Source: Diplonema japonicum (taxonomy: Eukaryota > Protista > Euglenozoa: Diplonemea). From it: 64,000 nt of DNA. The notes beneath the pieces were generated by a model. That model searched no databases. It was not told the DNA's origin and saw only the letters and a program-made list of their open reading frames with translations. The stretch covers positions 62,001-126,000 of the forward strand of contig OZ025664.1 of the NCBI GenBank assembly GCA_964019335.1. Direction: 5' to 3'. Shown piece after piece: positions 35,973 to 47,721 of the stretch; the stretch's first letter is position 1; each line of letters starts with the position of its first letter. Both the position numbers and the translations under genes were made by a program.

Positions 35973-38684
35973 ATGCCATTTTCACATGAGAACCAACTCC
36001 CCCAACCCAAGAGCACGATAGTGCTGAAACGTGACACACCGACGAAAGACATGATGAGTCCTAGTGCGGTGCTGCCCCTGATTAGATCACCAAGTGTAGG
36101 GAGTAGGAGTCCCCCCCAACCAGCAGAGGTAAAACTGCGTCAGGAATTGCAAGAGTTAAGGAATGTTGCCGAGATCGATGGTAGGAAGGAACGACGTGCC
36201 GCACCGCACTTTGGCAACACTGAGGCGCTTCTGAAAAAAATTGCGCAGCTCGAGCTCGACAACGCCAAGCTGCGTGCAGCGACACTGCTCCCTCCCTCAC
36301 CGTCACCGTCGGGGAACCGATCGGAATACCCTTCACCTGCGAAAATACTGTTAGAGAATCCTCGTGTTACCACCCCCCCTCCTGACAGGTCACCTTCCAG
36401 GAAGCTGGACATGGGTATTCCTGTCTCGCCCGAGACGCCTGACGTCCATGACTGCCCGCCAGTGCACCCTTCGATGCTGCCCCGCCCACGGACACCTACG
36501 TCTATATCACCTACCAGCCTTGCATCCCTCTCAGCTCCACCGCCTCCACCTTCTCCCCCATTTCCCGTTCCCACACAGCGTGCCACTGTTGATAGGATGG
36601 ATAGGATAATCGACAAGGCCCAGACTGTCCCTCTTGACTCGGAACCTGCACCTGCCCCTTTCAGAACCAGCATGTCGCCCGTAGACACTATCGACCACGA
36701 CACTCACAACGACGAGCCGCCCTCTGAAGAAAGCAAGGCTGCCATTGGAAGCATACTGTCGAAGATGTTTGGAGGTGCGGACATCACCCTGGTTGAGTCG
36801 GGCATCGTGTCATCGCACACCAGCACTGCTGTGTACCCCACGTTGTCACAACCCGTCTTCAGTGAGGAACGCTGGGTGTCGCGGGGTATCTACCCCACCA
36901 TGAAGGAGGGGGACATCGTGCAGCCTGGTGTACCCCCGCCTGCTGTAGATGCTACGCACTTCGAAATCCTTCTTGAAAGTGGGAACATGTTCAAGTACGA
37001 AACAAGAGGTGTGATGGGGTTGTACAACAGCTCACCGAACAAGCAATTCACGTTATCCTTCGTGATACCCAGCCCTGTTGTGCCGATGGGAGACTGTACC
37101 AAAACTGGATCAACTTACGTAATAAAACTTGAGCCTGGAGAAGCAAAACCTTTCGTGAAGGGACCTATCGACGGGTACAAGGTGACAGTGCAGTACACAC
37201 GGCCGGGATCTGCCTTTCTAAAGAGAGAGCTGGTGCCTCACAACCAGATAGTGGACGACTTCATGAAGACGGGCGGGGCGCTGCGTGACTGCATCAATCG
37301 CAATGTACCGTTTGTTGATGCAGCATTCCCCCCCAAGCAAGAGTCCCTGAGTAGGAGCTGGGAGGGTGTTACCACACTGCGTGCTTGGAAGCGTCTCAGT
37401 GATGTGTATACAGACACAGAAGTGGGACTCTTCGTGGTACCCGTGCAACCGAATACCCTCAGGCTCTGTAACCTTGCCGACATCCACAGCCTGTCAGCGT
37501 TCGCAATGCTTGCAGAGGACCCTTCGCTCATTAAGGAGATCTTCGTCAGGGACGCCAATGAAGAGGCCGTGGGCGCCTACAAGCTACGCCTCTTCAACGG
37601 CTCAGTTGAAACAGACATGATCCTTGACGCCTTCCTCCCCTTCCTCGGCTACTGCCCCGCTTTCGCGGCACACCTCACCCACGTAAACGAGCTGTGGATA
37701 CCCCTGCTTCACAAGGCTTATGCTAAATTAAAAGGTTCGTATGTTGCTGCGAGGAAAGGCACTGTGATGGAAGTGATGCGCGCCTTTACCGGCCTCCCTG
37801 CCGAGACGATCGATTTAGGTACTCTGACCAGTAGTTATGAAGACATATATGCGCGGCTTCAGAAGGCACATGACTCGGGCTGTGTATGCGTTGTGACAAC
37901 ACCGAAGGATGCTACTTTAGAGAGGAAGCAGAAGGCTGCGGGCCTCATTGGTGGCTGCGGGTACGCTGTCACTAAAGTTGCAAGAGTAGGGGGCATCATG
38001 TTGGTGCAGGTGAGGAACCCATGGCTCAGTCCACGTTTGTGGTGTGGGAAGTGGGGAAACTCCTCTGTGCTATGGGACGAGCAGCCAGAAGTCGTGAGGC
38101 AACTTGATATGACGTTTGAAGACAACGGTTGCCTGTGGCTGGAGATAAGTGAGGTTTGTGAGTGGTTCACGGAGGTGGGCTTCCTGCACAACAAAGCATG
38201 GTACAGGATGTGCACCAAAATGGAGCTTGCAGATGGCGTCCCGAGCTGTGTGGCACAGGTGACAGTGACGGCCGCAGCAAGGGTGCATATTTCAGCCTTG
38301 ATGCAAACTGACCAGAGGACAAACAGCTGGTGTAATGTGAAAGTGGGTATTCTGCAGAAAGTAGACGAGAAGTGGCAAACATCCCAAGAGTCGTGGCTAG
38401 ACGTCGTGCCCGATTCTACTTATTGGTTTGTGGTGTTGGGCGACACGACAAGCGCAAAGGCAGTTCACTTCACACTGCACTCCACCGCAGCCCCAGGAGA
38501 TGTATCCCTCTTTCGCCCTTCACCTTCGTTGGTCCAGCTCTTACATGTTGACAAGATATCCTTCGCACCGCTTCCAACGGAAGCAAGCCCTGTGCTCCTA
38601 GATCAGCCTGTCACCTGTCATGTCCACACACACAACCCTGACAGCCGTCCTGTCGCTGTCACAACTGCCACATTTAGATTTTAG
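35973..38684 (+). CDS. Calpain-like protein (kinetoplastid-type DUF1935-like domain plus CysPc), catalytically degenerate
   Basis: FVDAAFPP, WKR, ELWIPLLHKAYAKLKGSY, FTG, VRNPW, W.GKW; LEPGEAKPFVKG upstream; expected DCW replaced by DIH. Confidence 0.85.
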   Translation: MPFSHENQLPQPKSTIVLKRDTPTKDMMSPSAVLPLIRSPSVGSRSPPQPAEVKLRQELQELRNVAEIDGRKERRAAPHFGNTEALLKKIAQLELDNAKLRAATLLPPSPSPSGNRSEYPSPAKILLENPRVTTPPPDRSPSRKLDMGIPVSPETPDVHDCPPVHPSMLPRPRTPTSISPTSLASLSAPPPPPSPPFPVPTQRATVDRMDRIIDKAQTVPLDSEPAPAPFRTSMSPVDTIDHDTHNDEPPSEESKAAIGSILSKMFGGADITLVESGIVSSHTSTAVYPTLSQPVFSEERWVSRGIYPTMKEGDIVQPGVPPPAVDATHFEILLESGNMFKYETRGVMGLYNSSPNKQFTLSFVIPSPVVPMGDCTKTGSTYVIKLEPGEAKPFVKGPIDGYKVTVQYTRPGSAFLKRELVPHNQIVDDFMKTGGALRDCINRNVPFVDAAFPPKQESLSRSWEGVTTLRAWKRLSDVYTDTEVGLFVVPVQPNTLRLCNLADIHSLSAFAMLAEDPSLIKEIFVRDANEEAVGAYKLRLFNGSVETDMILDAFLPFLGYCPAFAAHLTHVNELWIPLLHKAYAKLKGSYVAARKGTVMEVMRAFTGLPAETIDLGTLTSSYEDIYARLQKAHDSGCVCVVTTPKDATLERKQKAAGLIGGCGYAVTKVARVGGIMLVQVRNPWLSPRLWCGKWGNSSVLWDEQPEVVRQLDMTFEDNGCLWLEISEVCEWFTEVGFLHNKAWYRMCTKMELADGVPSCVAQVTVTAAARVHISALMQTDQRTNSWCNVKVGILQKVDEKWQTSQESWLDVVPDSTYWFVVLGDTTSAKAVHFTLHSTAAPGDVSLFRPSPSLVQLLHVDKISFAPLPTEASPVLLDQPVTCHVHTHNPDSRPVAVTTATFRF

Positions 38685-38772
38685 TTATTGTTAGATACCT
38701 GCCTTTTGTCAGATTGTTATTAGTAGAGTGGATTCTTTGTTTTTGTATTCCTGAACAGCAACAACAGCAGCT

Positions 38773-40512
38773 ATGGGGTGCTTAGATAAGTTACTGGTTT
38801 GCATTTTCGGCAGCAATGATTTAGATGATATCTTCTGCTACAAGACTCAGCACATGATTGTTATCAAGGACAGGAAGCTGGGCATGCTCAACATCTTCTG
38901 CATGCTAGGCATTGTGGTGTACGTGTTGATCCAGTTGGTGATGAACGGCACGTACCTCGGAGTTGCGCAGATTAAGGGGAGTGGGCGTTTCACCTTACTG
39001 CAGCCGACGCTGAACTGCACTGTTGCACAGAGGGAGAGTGGAGATTTTATCTGCGTCCCATGTGACTCCTCAGACAATGACTGTTATGATAACTACCCCA
39101 GGGTGCAGGATCTGCGATACTGCACACAGTCTGACATCCCTTACAACAAGCACAAGATGATGTGCCGCTTTGAAGAGTCTGCAGCCACAGGCTCTGTTTT
39201 CCAATCCTCGTTGCTCGTTACCACAAAAGGGACCGAACTTTATGAGAACAAGACATGTTCAGCAGACCCCCTTGACCCATTGTATCAAGGTGGCACTTGC
39301 GATCGTATTTACGACATCATAAGGCGGGATGAGTACTACTATGCCTTCGTATCCAACTTCAGCGTCAACGTCTTCCACTCCATCGAGTCCCCGATGACAC
39401 GGACCAACCAAGACCTCACAGGTGCCTTGCATGTTGCTAACAATAACGAACTGTGCAACTTAACCGACAGCGCTATGGCTAGCTTTCCGAACGGCAAGCT
39501 GACGAATCATGCACCGTGCTGGATCACACCCAACAGGTCCAACGAAGGTGCGGACGTCTTCCTTCTCAACACGCTGCTCGCCTCTGCAGACCTCGACCTC
39601 GACGACTGGCTCTACGAGGGATCGAACAACACCATACGCGACTCTGGTTCCACCATCGTTGTCAATATCGAATACACGAACTGGAAGCCGTGGGAAGTCA
39701 TGTTTGCAGAAGCTGAGCCCAGGTACGAGTACAGGCTGTCATCGCTGCACAATAACTCTTTCCAGAGCACGGAAGCCATCTACGATGTGTACCCCACGGT
39801 ACGGACGGTGCTCAACAGGTGGGGTGTGCGCCTCGTGGTGGTGCAGTATGGCACCATGCGTAGCTTTAGTATGCTGCAGCTGCTGGTCACGGCAGCTACA
39901 TCGCTCACCTTGATCACTGTCACTACTGTGATCGTGGACGCAATCTCGAACAGCCTGATGCCTGACTCGGCTCTCTACAAAGATTACAAGTTCAAACATA
40001 CTCCTGACATGAGCGATGTTGTGGCAGGGCGCACCTGTGCCACATGCAGTCACGACTTGCAGTACATGAAGGAAGGCACGTATTGTGCCATATGCGAGTG
40101 TGAGACGACAGGTGGTGTGTACCGTTGTGACTGGTGCAACCATGATAGATGCAAGGGCTGTTTCACAAAATCAACGCTGAACTCTCCACCTGTGGCGGAC
40201 TGCTGCACGCTCGCCTTGAACGTGTTCGATGCCGACAAGAGCGGAACCTTGTCCTACAGCGAGTACTGCAGACTGGAGTCGGGGTACTTAGACTTCTGCA
40301 GAAAGCTATCTTACGTAGCTGACGTTTCTCTTGAAAGGCTGAAGCGTGTGGAGTACGACGGCAACCCGGAGTTCACACTTAAGGAACAGATACACAAACT
40401 AAGCCACGATGACAGAAAGATGTTGAGAAGGTTCCTGCACCAAGAACTCCAGACTGCAAACCCTGATGAAATCAGACATCTCCTTCATCAATCATACCAC
40501 ACACAAATTTAA
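38773..40512 (+). CDS. P2X receptor-like channel with C-terminal Cys-rich region and EF-hand-like motif
   Basis: YKT..I.I.DRKLG before TM1, Cys-rich ectodomain, WGVRLVVVQYG..RSF before TM2, YxxxK (YKDYK) after TM2; DADKSGTLSYSE. Confidence 0.8.
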   Translation: MGCLDKLLVCIFGSNDLDDIFCYKTQHMIVIKDRKLGMLNIFCMLGIVVYVLIQLVMNGTYLGVAQIKGSGRFTLLQPTLNCTVAQRESGDFICVPCDSSDNDCYDNYPRVQDLRYCTQSDIPYNKHKMMCRFEESAATGSVFQSSLLVTTKGTELYENKTCSADPLDPLYQGGTCDRIYDIIRRDEYYYAFVSNFSVNVFHSIESPMTRTNQDLTGALHVANNNELCNLTDSAMASFPNGKLTNHAPCWITPNRSNEGADVFLLNTLLASADLDLDDWLYEGSNNTIRDSGSTIVVNIEYTNWKPWEVMFAEAEPRYEYRLSSLHNNSFQSTEAIYDVYPTVRTVLNRWGVRLVVVQYGTMRSFSMLQLLVTAATSLTLITVTTVIVDAISNSLMPDSALYKDYKFKHTPDMSDVVAGRTCATCSHDLQYMKEGTYCAICECETTGGVYRCDWCNHDRCKGCFTKSTLNSPPVADCCTLALNVFDADKSGTLSYSEYCRLESGYLDFCRKLSYVADVSLERLKRVEYDGNPEFTLKEQIHKLSHDDRKMLRRFLHQELQTANPDEIRHLLHQSYHTQI

Positions 40513-40731
40513 TTGGAGCCCGAGTCCTTTACTTTCAATACTGGCTGTTGTCTCTTCTAAACTTCGTGCCATTTTTAACGAAAACCGTTCGAACCCTTAG
40601 GTAAAAAGAAATTGTATCGCAAACAAAGTGGTTTTACTTTTTCCTCTTTACTTCTTTTCTTTTTTTGTGATAACAATCCCCCCCTCCCCTCCCCAGTTCA
40701 ACAGAATACAACAGGCATCAACACAAGTAAA

Positions 40732-42608
40732 ATGCAGGCGCAAATACAACCGCAGATCATTCTCCTGAGGGATGGTACCGACACCTCGCAGGGTGTGGCC
40801 CAGCTCATTGGAAATATCAACGCGTGCATGACCGTTGTGGACACGGTCAAGACCACCCTTGGGCCCCGTGGGCTGGACAAGCTCATCCAGACCAACAACC
40901 AGACCACCATCTCCAACGACGGCGCCACAGTGATGAAGTGCCTGGAGGTGGCGCACCCTGCTGCTAAGACGCTTGTGGAGATCGCCAAGTCGCAGGACGC
41001 TGAGGTGGGTGACGGTACCACCTCCGTTGTGGTGCTTGCGGGAGAGTTCCTGAGGGAGGCGAAACAGTTCGTGGAGGACGGCGTGCACCCGCAGATCATC
41101 ATCAGATCCTTCAGGCAGGCGTGCTCGTACGCCATGAAGGTGCTGAACAAAATTAGCGTTCCCCTTGGCGAGAAGGAGTCCGAGTATGAGGTGCTGAGAA
41201 AGTGCGCGCAGACGGCGCTTAACTCGAAACTGATCAACCACGAAAAGGGGTTCTTCGCAAAGATGGCTGTTGACGCAGTGCTCGGGCTTGGCGACAACAT
41301 GGACCTGGACATGATCGGCATGAAGAAGGTGCAGGGCGGGTCCATGACCGACTCCCTGCTTGTGGAGGGTGTCGCTTTCAAGAAGACCTTCAGCTACGCC
41401 GGGTTCGAGCAGCAGCCCAAGTCGCTCGAAGCACCGAAGGTCCTGATGCTCAATCTCGAGCTTGAGCTGAAATCCGAGAAGGACAATGCCGAGATCAGGG
41501 TGAAGAGCCCCGACCAGTACCAGGCCATCGTGGACGCGGAGTGGAAGATCATCTACGAGAAGCTCGAGAAGTGCGTAGAGTCGGGTGCCAAGGTGTGTAG
41601 GACATAAAGAGCACAACACAACACCACAGGTGATCCTGTCGAAGCTCCCCATCGGTGACCTTGCGACTCAGTACTTCGCCGACCGTCAGGTCTTCTGCGC
41701 CGGCCGTGTCCCCCAGGACGACCTCAAGCGGTATGCATGCAGTTGACATGACCACAGTAACCACACACAGCGTCGTGAAGTCGTGTGGTGGATGCATCCA
41801 GACCACAGTGCGCAACCTCACCCCTGAGGTGTTGGGCACCTGTGATAGGTTCGAGGAGAAACAGGTTGGTAACGAGAGGTACAACTTCTTCTACGGCGGG
41901 CCTGGCAAGAAGAGCGTGTCTGTGGTGCTCCGTGGCGGTGCCGAGCACTTCATCGACGAAGCAGAGAGGTCGCTGCACGACGCGCTCTGCATTGTGAAGC
42001 GTGCCAAGGCCAACACGACTGTAGTGGTATGCATTGCAAAATAAGCAACATAAAAATAATTCCCTGCAGGCGGGTGGTGGTGCCATCGAGATGGAGCTGA
42101 GCAAGGAGCTGAGGGAGTACGCGCGCAGCATCAAGGGGAAGCCGCAGATTATTGTGAACAGCTTTGCGAGGGCGCTGGAGGTGATCCCCCGTCAGGTATG
42201 AAGGGTGGGCATGCGTATATGTTACAGGTTGCCGACAACGCTGGGCTGGACTCCACAGACATCCTGAACAAGCTGCGCCAGTGCCACTACCAAGGTGGCA
42301 TCCCTGACAGCCACTGGTACGGTGTCGACATCCACAGTGACGACATCACCAACACCTTCGCCGCCAACGTGCTTGAGCCGGCCTCTGTCAAGAAGAACGC
42401 CATTCGCTCCGCCACCGAGGCCGCGTGCCTCATCCTCTCAATTGATGAGACCGTCACTAACCCGGAGTCCGAACAGGCCCAGGCCCAAGGCGGCAGACCC
42501 AGACCTGGTGCTGGCGGTCAGGGCAACATGATGTCCCAGGCAGGCATGAAGGGCATGATGAGCGGGATGAAGGGCCTCAAAACCATGAAGGGTCAGGCAG
42601 GCAAATAA
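40732..42608 (+). CDS. CCT7: T-complex protein 1 subunit eta; introns 41593-41629, 41731-41770, 42027-42069, 42196-42227
   Basis: [52 protein letters not shown]; four GT..AG introns restore the conserved frame. Confidence 0.95.
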
Positions 42609-43271
42609 GCAAACCTAGAGGATGAAAAAAAAAAAAAAAAAAAAAAAATCTTTTTTTAATTTTTTATACCCTTGCCTTTTTTTATGTGCCACCTTTGCTT
42701 CGGTTTCCCTAGGTTTTTTTTTTGTTTGTTTTTGTTTTGTTTTACGAAGCAGGGAGAAAGAGAAAGAACCACGTTGTACAGAGACGGCCGTGATCACTTT
42801 TTTTTAGATTCAGTGGAGAAAAAAAAAAGAAGAAATGAGAGGCTGAACTACACACCCACGCAGCTCAATTTTTACAGTGTTCATTTTTCTTATTTTTCTT
42901 TTTCGTCTTCTGCCGTGCACAGCCTCGGAGCTGCCCCAACCCTGTTGAAGTTTAGTTTTTTTTTTTTTATCATCAGAATATAAAAGTTCTTTTTGCTTTC
43001 CCCCCATCTCTTTTACCACACACACACACACACACACAATGCACTTTTCACTTAGACTTTTACTCGATTACCTTTTTTTTTTTTCTCTTTTTATAGTTTC
43101 ATACCCCCACCCTCTTCTTTTACAGCACTTTCTTTTCCGCCCCCCCCCATACTTTTTTCCCTTTCTTTTATTTTTTTTACTTTGGTTCGCCATCTTTTTA
43201 TTTATGTCTTGATACCGCAAAAAAAAACCCCAAAAAACAGAATCTTTTTTGGTTTTTTTTTATCACCTCAA

Positions 43272-44169
43272 ATGCACGCTGCAACAGGCACCATCAAAGT
43301 GGCTATCGAAGGTGAGCAGCAGCAAGTATGAATCCTAGTAAAGAAAAAAAAAAGGAAAAAAAAAAAAAAAAAAAAAGGTGAGAAGGGTGCTGTGCCCAAA
43401 GACAAACGCTGACTTTCAAAAACAAGTTGCAAAATGGCTTGGGGAAGCAGGGACGGGGAAGTGCACTGTGAAGTACATCGACAACGAAGATGACGAGGTC
43501 ACAATGGGAAGTTCGGAGAAGGAGTGGGAAGAAGCCCTTGGGGTCTTCGGGATAATGGGCAGCACACCTAAGTTCAGCGTCGTCCCGTACGAAAAAGAAA
43601 GCTGCAACAACCTCCAGCACAGGGTACACATGTTGGAGGCAGAGGTGAGGGCTTTGAAGGAACTGCTCACATCGAACCTGTTCGACGACAAGATACCATG
43701 GGAGGCCATCCAGGCTAAGGTGGGGCCGAAACACATAAGTCTCATGAAGTACTTAATGCAATGTGAGGGCCCCCCACCGTTGAACCCGCCCCGTCCGTAT
43801 GCTACCCGCGAGCAGTTCGAAGCGTTCACACAGTACTTCCCCCTAGCCACGCTCTCTGAGGACCTTGATTTCCTCGTTGACAATAAGCTAGTTATTCCTG
43901 GTCTGTCGACGGAGCTTGCGGAGACACGGTTGCAGACAGCACCCGTCGGCAGCTTTGTGGTCCGGCCCTCCAGGAGGATGCCGCGGTCCATGGTAGTTAC
44001 CATCAAAGTAGATACTTATGTTTCGCACAGGATCGTCCATCTCAAAGAGTTTTTCGCCTCAGTCGCAAGCACCACCGCCCACCCCCATACTATGCGCGGA
44101 CTTGCAGAACACCTCCTCAGCACCGCCACCTTAGACGGTACCAACCTTGCAGCCATCGGTTATAAGTAA
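43272..44169 (+). CDS. PB1 plus SH2 domain protein; intron 43326-43377
   Basis: IKV..RR and KYIDNEDDEVT (PB1 acidic motif); LSTELAETRLQTAPVGSFVVRPS...VSH (SH2 alphaA/betaB FLVR-like). Confidence 0.7.
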
Positions 44170-44695
44170 TACCCCCCCCCCCCCCCCATCAGTTCAGTTA
44201 CTCTTGCTTCTTTTTTCGAATGAAGGCTGTCTCCCTAACCGTCTCCCGTGCCACTTGTTGCTGGCATGTTGTTCACTTATAGTGGCAGTCCTTCTTTTTC
44301 TCCGCCCCTCCGCCCCGCTTTTTCTTTCTTTTTTTTCCCTCCTTTGTCTTCTGTCTTGCTTACCCTTTTAATTCTCCCATGTTTTACTTAAGTGGGTGCA
44401 TCGCTTTTGCCCCAACAGCTGGCATATCTGTAGTGATGTCTGATAAACTGAGCCAGTGGCCTGTGTTTGTTCAGCCCAATGGCTTTCGCAACAGTGGTCT
44501 GCGACTGGCTCAGTAGTTCGAAAGCAGGAAGCTGCATGAGGCTGCCGTCATAAGAGGGTACCTTGCTGCCTCTGTAAAGGTCAACATAGTGCTCAAGCTT
44601 CTGTTGCTCAGTTTTATGTCACCTGCACAGAGTGCCTTCCTCATAATTGCTTTTTCTATTTACTCAGTAACGCAGCTGCTAACCCTCACAGGATA

Positions 44696-45856
44696 ATGTC
44701 TCATGACCCGAAGACGTTTCTCAAGATCCTGCAGGCTGTTGTGTTCGTGGATCTCTTCAGTGTAGCACTGGTGGTCCCCTTGTTCTATCAGTATGCAACG
44801 AACGTAGGTGCCGATGCGAAGTCTTTCGGCATGCTAGGCAGTGTTTTCAGTGCTGCGCAGCTTGTGGGTTCCCCGTTCATGGGGTACGTGAGCGATAAGT
44901 ACGGAAGGAAGACAGCTCTACTTGTGAACTTCATAGGAGCCAGCGGTTCATATCTTGTAGTGCCTTTTGCCCAGTCATTCTGGGTGCTAGCACTGGCCAG
45001 GATCCCCGTCGGCATTGTGAAGCAGACAATGATGATAAGCTCGGCTTACGCAGCACAGCTTACCGAAGTCGGCACACGCTCGAAGGCAATAGCGGAGATG
45101 AAGAGCATGGTTGCCATGGCCTTTGTGATCGGCCCTACTGTGGGTGGTTACCTTGCTGCATATGACTTGAAGCTGCCTGCCATCATCGCCTCAGCACTGC
45201 TTGCCGCAGACTTCATGGTTGTAAAAATATTCCTCCCCGACATGGACAACACACTGCACGCTCCCAAAAGGGAAAAGAAGCCGTTTACGCGGCCTAGTGG
45301 CGTGCTCATCGGCGTGATTGCTACTGCCATCCTCCTCGAGATGGGGGAACGGTTGAACAGAAACTCCCTCCCCATCATCTTGAGGGACAACCTGCAGCTG
45401 GACACGAAGGCCATGGGGATGGTGTGGAGCTTCTCAGCAGCCATCAGTACATTGATGGGGCAGTACGGCGTGTCCTTCATCACCAGACGTCTGGGCGACC
45501 ATGCCACAGTGAAGTGGTGCATCCCTGTCGCCGCAGTGGCCGTCGGGGCTTGGTCGATGTTCCCTTCCCTGACCACGCTAGTGCTTGCATATGGAGTCTA
45601 TTTAGCTGCCAACTTTAGTAGTGAGACATGTCTTGTGTCCATCCTCACCCACGAGGTGGAAGAAGACCAGGTGGGCGCCACCCTTGGCATGCAGGACTCC
45701 TTGAATTCAGGCATTGGTGTCCTGGCTCCCATAACGGCCGCATACCTTACAACTTGGGACCCTTCCTACCCTGCTGCATTTGCCTGCCTGTTCTGCATGG
45801 CCGCAGTATTCCCTGCATATTTAAAACTACCCACGAGACACTTTAAAAAAGACTAG
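44696..45856 (+). CDS. MFS_1 transporter (TetA/MFSD9/SLC22A18-like)
   Basis: GYVSDKYGRK motif A, ARIPVG, FVIGPTVGG motif C. Confidence 0.88.
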   Translation: MSHDPKTFLKILQAVVFVDLFSVALVVPLFYQYATNVGADAKSFGMLGSVFSAAQLVGSPFMGYVSDKYGRKTALLVNFIGASGSYLVVPFAQSFWVLALARIPVGIVKQTMMISSAYAAQLTEVGTRSKAIAEMKSMVAMAFVIGPTVGGYLAAYDLKLPAIIASALLAADFMVVKIFLPDMDNTLHAPKREKKPFTRPSGVLIGVIATAILLEMGERLNRNSLPIILRDNLQLDTKAMGMVWSFSAAISTLMGQYGVSFITRRLGDHATVKWCIPVAAVAVGAWSMFPSLTTLVLAYGVYLAANFSSETCLVSILTHEVEEDQVGATLGMQDSLNSGIGVLAPITAAYLTTWDPSYPAAFACLFCMAAVFPAYLKLPTRHFKKD

Positions 45857-45936
45857 GTGATAGTCGGACATAACTATACCTTCAGTCATTGATAACAGTA
45901 GTGAAGGACACGATTACAACCCTCATCACAGGCAAT

Positions 45937-47258
45937 ATGGACCTGCCATTGGACATCAGCTATGGGAATGATGTGTTCAATAATCAAGCAGTACTAGGTG
46001 CACTGAGCAGTTTGCAGCAGAAGATAAAGAGACTTGAGCAGGAGCGTGACTACTACATGGACTCCGCAGAGAAGGCACGGCAGCACATCGAGTCCTTCAA
46101 GGCGGAGACGGAGCACCTTAGGGACCAGGAACGCAGTCAGCAAGCGGAGAAAGAAAGGCTACGAGAGGAAGACATGAGAAGATTGAAAGAGGACAGGCCC
46201 AGGATAGAGATGGAACTGCACCACGTGCATGACAAGGTGCTGCACACTGAGAGACTCCTCGAGGCAGAGAGAACAGAATTCACAAGCAAGTTTAGTGAAG
46301 TCACGAAAGCGAAGGAGAGGCTGCAAGAAGAAAACATCAAACTAACAACACGCCTCCAGCAGTTCGAGTTGCAGATTGCATCTGAGTCGAAGCTGCGACA
46401 GGAGACCTATGAAGAGAGGGAGAAAGCTCAGGGTAATATCGCCGATCTAATCAGCTTAAACGAATGCCTGTTTCAAAGGCTGCAAGAGGCGGAGAAGCCT
46501 GTGAGTGCAAACACAAAGAAGACAAAGCCTCAGAAAACCACCATGAGCAGGAGGTGCAGATCTAGCTCTGTCGGTATGCGTGCTTATTTAATGAGTACAT
46601 GAATAACAGGACATGACCGCCACACCATGAACAGCTCGAGGAGGGCAAAAGTGAGCCCAAAGAGAGGCCAGTCACCACAAAATTTCTCGCTTAACATCCA
46701 TGACAAGTTGAAGAAGATCAACCAGGGGGAGATCCCGTTTGTGCCTGCAGGCAAGGCAGTGTGGGGTGAAAGCTTTAACCAGATGGCACGAATCCAGAAC
46801 GGCCTAGACCTGAACCAAAAGGTATGCTAGTGTTGCGCTTCCAAACAAGCACAGGACCCACGCCGTACTACACCACCAAGGAGGATGGTCAAGGTGGAAC
46901 CCAGCCCTGCTGTGGAAGAGGTGTACACCAGGTTCGCACGGGAGTACGACTCTATCAACAAAAGATACGCAGAAGAGCTGGACAAGATGAGGACGATAGG
47001 GGAAGTTGACACCAGAGCCGTTGAGAGGATGAAGACCCTGGCAGAAGAGCTCCAATGCAAGGGCGAAGACATGAAGACCCTGTATGACCATGAGTGCAAG
47101 GTACAGGAGCAGCTCTCAGAAATCCACAGACCCCACATTAGGGGGCTGGACAAACGCACAAAGACTCTGGAGCTGTTTGAAGAGGTATGCCACGGGTGTT
47201 CAAATGTACAACACCACCAACACAGATGAAAAGGATACACGCCAGGGCCTCCTCTTAG
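45937..47258 (+). CDS. CEP57/translokin-like coiled-coil protein; introns ~46574-46609, 46822-46854, 47185-47225
   Basis: AVLGALSSLQQKIKRLEQER resembles the Cep57 N-terminal motif; three GTATG..ACAG introns join the ORFs. Confidence 0.6.
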
Positions 47259-47443
47259 ACTTAGATAGATAGTTACTTGTTAAGAGCGCATGATGCTTAC
47301 TCGTCGTAGGCACTTCGGCTCCCTATGCACATGTACTGCTACCTCCCATTAGACACCTGTCAGCAGGTGGTGTGATTATTTGTAAGTATATTATTAACGA
47401 GCGCTTTTTCTGTGCTACCATTACTGCCCAGAATACACAACAC

Positions 47444-47668
47444 ATGCCCAAGGTAAGCTCCAGACCCCCTGGCTCCACAGAGAGTTATTTTCAGGTCGGA
47501 AACAAGTCATACTACGCACCTCAGGAATGCACACAACTTGAGCTCTACCAGGATGATGTCTCTTACTACGTAAGCAGTAAGGGGTACAAGAAGGGGGCAT
47601 GTGCGGAACATGGCTTTGGGAGAAATACTGGTGGGCCTAATGCGCAGAAGACGCACTGGCTGCAATAA
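47444..47668 (+). CDS. Possible small hypothetical protein
   Basis: 74-aa ORF on the cluster strand after a CAG acceptor; no motif. Confidence 0.35.
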   Translation: MPKVSSRPPGSTESYFQVGNKSYYAPQECTQLELYQDDVSYYVSSKGYKKGACAEHGFGRNTGGPNAQKTHWLQ

Positions 47669-47721
47669 TGCTTACACGTAGTAGTAGTTAGTGATGGCTG
47701 CACACCAAAACACCACACAGG

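Noticed and set aside
27529-42227. Premature stops or frameshifts as pseudogenes, recoding or an alternative genetic code
   Set aside because: Each one examined is resolved by a short GT..AG intron. TAA, TAG and TGA all occur as terminal stops.
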